In this document: positions 1-9,400 of the stretch, in pieces
Layout: every line of letters starts with the position of its first letter
How positions within the stretch are numbered: position 1 is the first letter of the stretch
Source of the DNA: Heterodontus francisci
Taxonomy: Eukaryota
NCBI RefSeq assembly: GCF_036365525.1
Contig: NC_090411.1
Span: 36,024,833-36,061,452, forward strand
Direction of reading: 5' to 3'
Length of the DNA: 36,620 nt
Made by a program: the position numbers and the translations under genes
Notes under the pieces: model-generated
What the model was told of the DNA's origin: nothing
The model's database searches: none
What the model saw: the letters and a program-made list of their open reading frames with translations, nothing else

Positions 1-2
1 CT

Positions 3-188
3 NNNNNNNNNNNNNNNNNNNNNNNNNNNNNNNNNNNNNNNNNNNNNNNNNNNNNNNNNNNNNNNNNNNNNNNNNNNNNNNNNNNNNNNNNNNNNNNNNN
101 NNNNNNNNNNNNNNNNNNNNNNNNNNNNNNNNNNNNNNNNNNNNNNNNNNNNNNNNNNNNNNNNNNNNNNNNNNNNNNNNNNNNNNNN
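3..188. other. Assembly gap
   Basis: Run of N. Confidence 1.
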
Positions 189-389
189 TCGTCGTTTCTA
201 AACAGTCGAACATTTCCAATCCTCTATATCAAGTTATTTCCCCCAAATAAGGATTGCAGATTCTATAATGGAAAAGGGCAGAGGTGACTTTTTACTGACC
301 CCCTGTTTCTCCTTTTCTCCAGTCACTTGCAGGGTTAATTGAATGGGTGTAATCAGTGTAACATTATACATTGCTTCTGTTTAATCTTC

Positions 390-710
390 TGCAGGTCCAC
401 AACCCTCCCAAATCTCTGCATTCCTTTCACACTCGCCTCTTTGCAGTCCCTTCCTTCACCCCACATTGGCCTTTCCTCAGCCATCCACACCCTGCCAAAA
501 CCTTTCGTCTCTCCATCTCTCTCTCCTTTAAATCCCTCATTAATACTCTTTGACTCAGCCTGCAGTCACCACCACCCCTCCCCCCACACACACACCCAAT
601 AGCTTTATCTTTGGTTTAGTGGTGATTTTTGTTTGATTACACTCCTGTGAAGCTTTGTGGTACATTTTTCTATGATTAAAGGTGCTATATAAATGTACGT
701 TCTTGTTCTG
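390..710 (+). mobile_element. Decayed L2-type 3' end
   Basis: cctgtgaagctttgtggtacatttttctatgattaaaggtgctatataaatg tail; homologous to the reverse of 25850-26100. Confidence 0.55.
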
Positions 711-1059
711 GTGTAATGACATGAGAAAAATACAACAAACATTAAATCATTGAAACCCAGAGTTTCCAATGCATCTTGCAGATTCTATCATTATTTGTGA
801 ATGTGATTGGAAAGTTCTATTGAAACTAACTCCTGATCAGATACTCCCTGACAGAAACAACCGTCCAGCTGCACTTTTTCAGGGTGTTCAGAAACACCAC
901 AAACTACCGAAAGGACATCTTTCAACAAACACTTCTCCGTCCTCTATTGGCAGTGTTGTGGAAGTCGTGCTCAGGTTACTAAATATCTAAAGAACTAGGG
1001 AAATCAACTTGATAAATATTGCGCGATGGAAAAGAACTGGAACAAGATGGTTTTCTGAT

Positions 1060-1315
1060 CTGGTGGATTAAGCTAACACTTTCTAACCCATCTTTAAGCA
1101 TTTAGCTCATCCTGTAAGGTATTAGTCGAGGATTTACGGAAAATGTCAGCCTGTCAGAAGAATCACTCTGTAAAGAATTAAACAAGGGAGACTTTCTACA
1201 ATCAAACATAAAGAGGTGTCACAAAAATGATATATAGTCAAATAACAGTGGATTAACCCTTTGAGTACTGGATTTTATATGATTTCATCACTCATTATCT
1301 ACAAGGTCAGGTAGT
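1060..1315 (+). promoter_or_regulatory. Possible photoreceptor promoter and non-coding exon 1 of the PDE6 gamma gene
   Basis: CRX/OTX-type GGATTA at 1065-1070 and 1250-1255, GGATTT at 1130, TATATA at 1231 and donor-like AAG|gtcaggtagt near 1305. Inferred from motif clustering only. Confidence 0.3.
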
Positions 1316-2084
1316 AAAGATATTTGGTCTCAATTTCCATGGGATTCTCCGGATCTCCTACTGTAACTTCAGTAGAAACCATGGAGAGACAAAGTAAGCA
1401 ACTGCTTTCAACTGTTTTACTAGTTCTCCAGGAGTTCCGTTGATTTCCCACCAGAGAAACCCTGGAAATTCCAAACAATAGGGGGCATCCAAAATAAATT
1501 TGGATTCTGCATTTCCAGAGAGATGGAGGTAGGGGTCTAGAAGGAGGGGTTTCACTGGGAGAGTTGCAGTATTAGAGGGATGTGCTTTGATAGGAGATTT
1601 AGGATACAAAAGGGATGAGTTTCAATGACAAAGCTGGGGAACTAGAGGGACAAGCATCAAGATTTAAGGGACTAAAGTAATGGGTTTAAATGGGAGAGTT
1701 AGAATGGGTTTCACTAGAAGAATCAGGGGACTAGATGAAAGGGCTTGGACAGAAGAGTTAGGGTGCAAGAGGGATGAACTTTCTTGGGAAAGCACAAGTG
1801 ATCTGCTAAATGTGAAGCCATTATTTAGAGAAAAAGCCTTTGGTCTCCACTCCTCCGATGTTTGGAATTGGGATCGAATGCAAAACCTTCAGACTCAGAT
1901 GGAAAGCTACGACTGAACTACGTCATGGATCTATTTTTGGGTTGACAGCTTTTCTGAAGCTGTTGATCAGCTTTTGTTACTTGGCCTGTGTGTTAGGCTG
2001 CTGAAGGAATCAGAATTGACAGCACTTCCTTCTTTTAAATCTGGGAATTAGTATCTCCTGTCAGGGAGAATCTGCAGTAACTGT

Positions 2085-2182
2085 TCTGATGAAGGGTCAC
2101 TGACCTGAAACGTTAACTCTGTTTCTCTCTCCACAGATGCTGCCAGACCTGCTGAGTATTTCCAGCACTTTCTGTTTTTATT
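2085..2182 (+). mobile_element. Short hammerhead-ribozyme element, copy A (intact core)
   Basis: CTGATGA(2086-92)-A-GGGTC act GACCT-GAAA-CGTT-AAC, then the family body cagatgctgccagacctgctgag. 14-bp TSD tctgc[a/t]gtaactgt at 2071-2084 and 2183-2196. Confidence 0.8.
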
Positions 2183-2262
2183 TCTGCTGTAACTGTGATG
2201 TTTTGTCTTTCAGTGAGATCCGGTGGCAGCTTTTCCTGCCTCATTAACTCCATTCTGTGAAA

Positions 2263-2390
2263 ATGAGCACTATAATTCCACCAACCAATATTTCTGGTGG
2301 TGCCACCTCCCCCAGAAAAGGGCCACCAAAGTTCAAACAAAGAGTAACGCGGCAGTTCAAGAGCAAGCCCCCAAAAGCAGGGGTAAAAGG
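2263..2390 (+). CDS. PDE6G/PDE6H: PDE6 gamma coding exon 1 (exon starts about 2214 after ttttgtctttcag; ATG 2263)
   Basis: Encodes the polycationic region [22 protein letters not shown]; donor GG|gtatga at 2390/2391. Confidence 0.95.
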
Positions 2391-5267
2391 GTATGAACCA
2401 GGCATTTTCTTTATAGATTGGGAGGAAAATCGCATTCATTCTAGGAGTCTAGATTTTTTGATGTGGGCAACACTGGAACCACCCCCCCCACCCCCCCCCC
2501 CCCAAGTATTAACCTCCTAGTGATAGGCAGTTCCCAAACATCTGTTAGTACCTTATTGGAGTCAGACAGTGGGAGAGGTGCCACAGAGAGACAGCATCTG
2601 GGTTTCTGACCTCACTCCCTGCGGGCACTGATAAGCTGACCATTCCCACAGCGGAGAGTTACGTTGGCGGGGCCTCTTTGGCTCCATCGCCCGTGGAACT
2701 GGACTCTGTGTCCAACAGAAACTAAAAGCGACCTAACTTCTGAGTTGGTGAGTTTGAGGCAACAAGTGAAGTAGAGACTCGTCCACACAGGGGGAGTCAA
2801 TGGAAGTGAAATTTATCCCAATGTGGGCAGGTCTCCACTACACTTGCTGTCTCAGCTTTGGAAGCTGGGGCGTGTTTCCTAGTTGTCAATGGGTTTCTAG
2901 ATGTGACCCATCTTTTTCAGCAACACCTCTGGTGCAAAACAGAGAGGTCACATATCACAGTGATGGGGATAGGAACTCGGCAAGTTAAACACTCTCATTA
3001 TCTTTCCCATAATCCAGTAACGTAACCAATAAATTTGTCCTTAAAAGTATGTTGTGTATTAATATTAAAATGAAAGTTGGCCTCTGATCTGACTCATGTA
3101 TTCTGTTCCATTCTGTTTACTTTTGGAAGTTAGTGCTGTGTCTGTCCACTAACAGATCAACTAACTCTGATAATACAGTAATTACAGTCTTTGCAATCAG
3201 CACAGTTCTCATACCAATGTTTCCAGTTCCCAGACTAAATTTCTCTCCTTGCTATTTTAAAGCAAGGTATCGCTGGCATTAAAACAGAGTGGGGAGGAAT
3301 GTTGGCTGAGTGTTAGTAGGAGCGGAGCACATTGTTTTGCCTGCTATTTTAACAGAGGTGTGAACCCACCTAAGAGCAACATCACACAAATACTTTGTAG
3401 AATGAGATCAATCTTCATACTTCATGAAGATAAGACATGAACCTTGGTATCTACCATCAGTCAAGTATTATCAGTTGTTTTAATCTATTTTTCTGATGAG
3501 TTGTGCTGCTGTTGTATTGAACTGGGACCTTGCTGGTTTGTGATGAGCTGAGCTTTCAGACACTGATTCATTCTCATTCTCCTGCAGGTTTGGAGATGAT
3601 ATTCCTGGAATGGAGGGACTCGGCACAGGTATGTATGGAAACCATTCCCAGCTGTTCACTCTAAAGTACTGGACTTTAGTCTAATCTCACAATGAAGCAT
3701 TTGCATGCATCTTCAGCCAGAAATGCTGAGTGGATAATCCATTTCGGCCTCCTCCTGCGCTCCCCAGCATCACAAATGCCAGTCTTCAGCCAATCCGATT
3801 CACTCCATGTGATATCAAGAAAAGACTGAAGATACTGGATACTGCAAAGGCTATGGGCCCTGACAATATTCCGGGAACAGTACTGAAGACTTGTGCTCCA
3901 GAATTAACTGCGCCCATAGCCGAGCTGTTCCAGTACAGCGACAACACTGGTATCTACCTGGCAATGTGGAAAATTGTCCAAGTATGTCCTGTACACAAAA
4001 AGCAGGACAAATCCAACCTGGCCAATTACCGCCCTATCAGTCTACTCTCGATCATCAGCAATGACCTTCCCTCCATTATAAGGTCAGAAGTGGGGATGTT
4101 CGCTGATGATTGCACAATGTTCAGCACCATTCATGACTCCTCAGGTAACGAAGCAGCCTGTGTCCAGATGTAGCAAGACCAGGACAACATTCAGGCTTGG
4201 GCTGATAAGTGGCAAGTAATATTTGCGCCACACAAGTGCCAGGCAATGACCATCTCAAACAAGAAAGAATCTAACTATCTCCCCTTGACATTCAATGGCA
4301 TTACCATCGCTGAATTCCACACTATCAACATCCTGAGGGTCACCTTTGACCAGAAACTGAATTGGACCAGCCACATAAATGCTGTGGCTACAAGAGCAGG
4401 TCAGAGGCTTGGAATTCTGTGGTGAGTAACTTATCACCTGACTCCCCAAAGCCTGTCCACCATCTACAAGGCACAAGTTGGGAGTGTGCTGGAATACTCT
4501 CCACTTGCCTGGATGGGTGCAGCTCCAACAAAACTCAAGAAGCTCGACGCCATCCAGGACAAAGCAGCCCGCTTGACTGGCACACCATCCACAAACATTC
4601 ACACCCTCCACCACCGATGCACAGTGGCAGCAGTGTGTACCATCTACAAGATGCACTGCAGCAATGCACCAAGGCTCCTTCGACAGCACCTTTCAAACCC
4701 TTGACCTCTACCACCTAGAAGGACTAGGGCAGCAGATGCATGGGAACACCACCACCTGAAAGTTCCCCTTCAAGTCACACACCATCCTGACTTGGAACTG
4801 TATCGTCATTCCTTCACTGTCGCTGAGTCAAAATCCTGGAACTCCCTTCCCAACAGCACGGTGGGTGTACCTACACCCCAATGACTGCAGTGGTTCAAGA
4901 AGGAAGCTCCTCAAGGGCAATTAGGGATGGACAATAAATGCTGGCCTTGCCAGAGTCACCCACATCCCATGAATGAATAAAAAAATCTTGCTCTCTGACT
5001 GCAGGTCGGATGAGCAGAGAACTGGGCTTGCGTACTTACACTCAAACATGCTCGGTGGCCACTTGGGTAAGGCACTGGAGGGAACTGTGCCTCAAGAGGA
5101 GTCAGTGCTTCAGGAAATGAACAAGGAGAGGATTGATATAGAAAATAATCTTGATAATAAGGAGTTTAATTCTCTCTGTGTTTCTTACAGATATCACTGT
5201 GATCTGTCCCTGGGAAGCATTCAGCCACCTGGAGCTGCACGAACTGGCTCAGTACGGTATTGTCTGA
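2263..5267 (+). CDS. PDE6G/PDE6H: Retinal cGMP phosphodiesterase 6 inhibitory gamma subunit, spliced CDS join(2263..2390,3588..3628,5191..5267), 81 aa
   Basis: Joined exons give [81 protein letters not shown], recognisable as PDE6 gamma. All introns are GT-AG with matching phases (2, 1). The paralog (G, H or I) cannot be fixed without phylogeny or synteny. Confidence 0.96.
3588..3628 (+). CDS. PDE6G/PDE6H: PDE6 gamma coding exon 2 (41 bp)
   Basis: ttctcattctcctgcag| acceptor, encodes (G)[13 protein letters not shown](D), donor AG|gtatgt. Confidence 0.96.
3693..4985 (+). mobile_element. 5'-truncated non-LTR retrotransposon (CR1/L2-group family B), internally deleted, in a PDE6 gamma intron
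   Basis: RT motifs [18 protein letters not shown] and FADD; stops and frameshifts; (gaat)n-A tail at 4970-4985. Confidence 0.9.
5191..5267 (+). CDS. PDE6G/PDE6H: PDE6 gamma terminal coding exon
   Basis: tttcttacag| acceptor, encodes (D)[27 protein letters not shown] at 5265-5267. Confidence 0.96.
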
Positions 5268-5586
5268 AACTGGGAGATACCAAGCAGGCATTAGAATCTG
5301 GCCCATGTTCCAGCTGCATCAGTAACTACAGTGAAGCAGATGGGGCTGGGTTACTATTAGAAGCCACTGTGTGCAGTAACTCATAATTACTGTTCAAACC
5401 CCACCAACCTGAACATTAATGTAGCTGTCAGTTTTCAGACAATGGTTGTGGGGAGCATTGTGTAATCTAAAATTTAAACATACTTTATGTTGTTTAAGTT
5501 ATTTATGCAGCACTCAGTTGTATGGTAAAGTTCTATTTTTAACTAATATAGAACTCTAATCATTGCATTATTATTTCTGTTTGATC

Positions 5587-5592
5587 AATAAA
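5587..5592 (+). terminator. Candidate polyadenylation signal of the PDE6 gamma gene
   Basis: AATAAA 320 nt after the stop codon in an AT-rich 3' UTR; a second AATAAA lies near 5715. Confidence 0.55.
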
Positions 5593-5774
5593 ACTATCTG
5601 TGAATTTGAATACTCTCCTGTAAAATGGGAGAGGTGGGTGAAAGAATTTCAATTGGTCCTGTCAATGAGCTGACTCATCTATTATAGTTAAATTGGAATG
5701 TGCATCAGAATGAAAATAAAAGCTGGTAGCTTTAACTGGACACAATTGGGTTAGATAATCATACATTGGATGGG

Positions 5775-5923
5775 GAAGAGAAGCAGAGTTAACGTTTCGG
5801 GTCAGTGACCCGAAACGTTAACTCTGCTTCTCTTTCCACAGATGCTGCCAGACCTGCTGAGTGGTTCCAGCATTTCTTGTTTTTATTTCAGATTTCCAGC
5901 ATCCGCAGTATCTTGCTTTTATT
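5775..5923 (+). mobile_element. Hammerhead element copy B, fold-back 5' end, CUGANGA missing
   Basis: Perfect 29-bp inverted repeat 5776-5834 centred on stem II; TSD atacattgga[t/c]ggg at 5761-5774 and 5924-5937. Confidence 0.8.
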
Positions 5924-6153
5924 ATACATTGGACGGGATCTTGGTGTTTCCTTGGCTACAAATGAGAGTCTTGAGATGGTTTGAAATCTGATCTGTTGTA
6001 GCTATGCTCACCTCATGGGTTGTCATATCTACAGAAGCTGTCCCATTGTATCTGTTTCTCAGTTCTAGAAACTGGAAGAATAAACTCACATATGCCAGCT
6101 GATATGACGTTTATCGTAACAGAATAAAGTGGAAAAGATCCCCGAGGGGGCTG

Positions 6154-6408
6154 TTACAGAGTCTGTAACTGTCCCATCTTCACCCATTCAATTTTCTTCT
6201 TGATGCCATAGGAGTCGAGTGTTAGATCAGCATGTCGCCGTTTCAGCGCCTCCAGCTTGTGGCGCAGTCTGTCACTGGCGTCCACATTCTCCTCAAAGTC
6301 GCGAAGCAGCACCTTGTTACAGAGCAGGCCGCACTTCTCCTTCAGCTTGAAGTTGGCTGCTCGGACTCTGTCTCGTGCCTGTTTGGTTTTGGTCAAGATT
6401 TCCCGTTT
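6154..6408 (-). CDS. CCDC96: CCDC96 exon 12 (terminal)
   Basis: ttacag|AAA CGG GAA; KREILTKTKQARDRVRAANFKLKEKCGLL...KMGQLQTL*, TAA at 6156-6154. Confidence 0.93.
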   Translation of the reverse strand, partial: KREILTKTKQARDRVRAANFKLKEKCGLLCNKVLLRDFEENVDASDRLRHKLEALKRRHADLTLDSYGIKKKIEWVKMGQLQTL

Positions 6409-9400
6409 CTGTAACGACCACAAATGGAAGTCGGGTTACAGACCAGAGCATGTCAAAACCAAGAATCAAAGCAATAATATAAAAAGAAAATAAGATTACT
6501 ACCCAATTTTTACTGGGTCAGATCTTGGCTCAAACCTGTCTATCATACAGCATTGTTTCCTACATTACAACAGTGAGTATACTTCATTGTACTTCATTGA
6601 CTGTGAAGCACTGTGGGACAACCTGAGGTCATGAAAGGTGCTATAGAAATGCAAGTCTTTCTTTTTCTTTTTATTAAAGCTGGGATATTACATTACTGAA
6701 ATTAGTCCACTAAGCAAGTTCTTTGATTTTATCAAAGTCATTAACATATATAAGACTAGAGGATTAAAATCTCCTGAAAAAAATCACATTTACAACTACA
6801 TTGAATTTACAACCATTTGGCCCAACTGCTCCATGTTGGTGTTTCTGCTCCATACAAGCCTCCTCCCACCCCCTCTTCATCTCACCCTGTCAGCATATCC
6901 TCCTATTCCTTTCTCTCTCATGTGTTTATTGAGCTTCCTCTTAAATATATCTACACTATTCACCTCAACCACTCCTTGTGGTAGTGAGTCCATATTCTCA
7001 CCACTCTCTGGGTAAAGAAGTTTCTCCTGAATTCTTCATAGAAGCAAAGGAAATAGGAACAGGAGTAGGTCATTCAGCCCCTCGAGCCTGCTCTGCCATT
7101 CAACTAGATCATGGCTGATCTACCTCAATGTCATTTTCCCACACTATAACCATATCCCTTGATGCCTTTAATATCTAGAAATCTATCAATCACTGTCTTA
7201 AACATAGGCAGTGACTGAGCCTCCACCACCCTTTGGGGTACAGAATTCCAAAGATTCACCACCCTCTGAGTGAAGAAATTCCTCTTCATCTCAGTCCTAA
7301 ATGGCCTACCCCTTATTCTGAAACTGAGTTCCCCGGTTCTAGACTCCTCAACCAGGAGAAACATCCTTCCTGTATCTGCCCTGTCGAGCCCTGTAAGAAT
7401 TTTGTATGTAAGTAGTCGTTTGGTAGTACAGAACATGAATACTGCTGAAAATAGAGACATGTTTTCAAAGTTTTTCATCTTGCACTCATCAGGCAATCGC
7501 AAGAATAACCAATGTAAGGGAAAACAACAACGTATACTGCATGAGAAGAGAGTGCTGATTGGTTGGCAAGTGGACTCTGATTGGTAGAGGTGTTACCATG
7601 GAGAATGCGCCAGTTTACGGTGACTGACAGTTAACTGCCAAGCTTTGTTTGAAATTTAAATCAGGCAGCTTGACTCTGATTGGTCAAGGCATTGTCCTGA
7701 GGAATGAACCAGCAAATGGCTCACTTATTTTGTTCAGCTGAAACAGGCGCAATGTTTGTACATGCTCTTTCTGTCTGCAAAGAATAGGGCCCTGTGTATT
7801 AATATATGTAGCGTCCAGTACGCGCAAATGCACCACACTGCGAGCCCTACTGACAATCATAAATTGGTTGTCAGCACAATTCTTAGTACACTGTAGATTA
7901 CTTAGCAAATGTTGTCCAATCGCGGAATCACATCTAATGTTGCACTGTGTCTTGAGTTTTGCAAGCATGGGCTGGTTGGGTACGGCCCGTACCTTGACCG
8001 TTGCGAACAGCAGAACGGATATGTTGTTTGATACGATCCGCCAGTCTTTGGGACGTACGGCCTATATACCTAGCATCACACTGGCATTGAAATTCATGCA
8101 TCACATTACTCATTTGTGAGATAGGCAGGACTCTTTTTGGCTTGACTGCAGCGTCCATTCAGCAATACACAAATTTTGTATGTTTCAATGAGATCACCTT
8201 TTATTTTTCTAACCTCTAGCGAATACAGGCCCAGTCTCCTCAATCTCTCATAGGACAATACCACCATTTCAGGAATTAGTCTGGTGAACCTTCGTTGCAC
8301 TCCCTCTATGGCAAATATATCCTTCCTTAGGTAAGGAGACCAAAACTGTACACAACACTCCAGGTGCCATCTCACCAAGGCTCCATACAATTGCAGTAAG
8401 ACATCTTTACTCCTGTACTCAAATCCTCTTGCAATAAAGATCAATACACCATTTGCCTTCCTAATTGCTTGCTGCACCTGCATGTTAGCTTTCAGTGACT
8501 CATGAACAAGGACACCCAGGTCCCTTTGGACATCAACACTTACCAATCTCTCACCATCGATCATTGGATTTACTCGTGGCTATCTTATGACGTTTTCCTG
8601 TGATTGCTAACAACTCCACCTCACCTCGAGAGGCTCAGCATGGTTGGTGGCACATGGAGGAATGTGTAGCCCTCTTCTTTCTGAGATTGAGCTGGAGGAA
8701 TACTGTTGGAGCAGAGCTATAGCTATCCAGGGAGAACTTGATGCTGACACTGGGTACCTGAAATGGGAAGAGGTCCATTCCCAGCAATAACTTCCTCTTG
8801 CTAATACAAAAGTAAAATATTGCAAATGCAGGAAATTTGAAATAAAAATAGAAAATGCTGGAAATACTCAGCAGGTGTAGCAGCATCTGTGGAGAGAGAA
8901 ACAGAGTTAATATTTCAGGTTGATGACCTTTCATCAATTTCCCAGTTTAGTATATAAATGACTTGGATCTTGGAACAGAGTAAAATTTCAAAATATGCCG
9001 ATGATACCAAACTTGGAGAAGTGGCAAGCAGTGAGGATGATACCAATTGACTGCGACAGAAAATAGATAAGCTAGCAGAATGTGCAGACAAGTGGCAGAG
9101 GGAATATAATACAGAGAAGTGCGATGTGATGCATTTAGGCAGAAGGGATAGGGAGAGGCAATATAGACTAAGTGGCACAGTTCTAAAGAGTGTGCAGGAA
9201 CAGAGGAACCTGGGGGTGCATGTACATAGATATTTGAAGGTGGCAGAACATGTTGAGAATGGTCAGCAAAGCATATGGGATCTTGGGCTTCATAAATAGA
9301 GACACTGAGTACAGAAGCTGGGAGGTTATGCTGCATTCTTATAAAACTCTGGTTAGGCCACAACTAGAGTACTGCATCCAGTTCTGGTCACCACACTTCA

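Noticed and set aside
2391-2520. C-terminal half of ORF 2257..2520 (YEPGIFF...PPPPPPPP)
   Set aside because: Read-through into the intron past the donor at 2391; the poly-Pro comes from a C-run.
4973-5386. 137-aa ORF
   Set aside because: It overlaps the real PDE6 gamma exon in another frame and has no recognisable homology.
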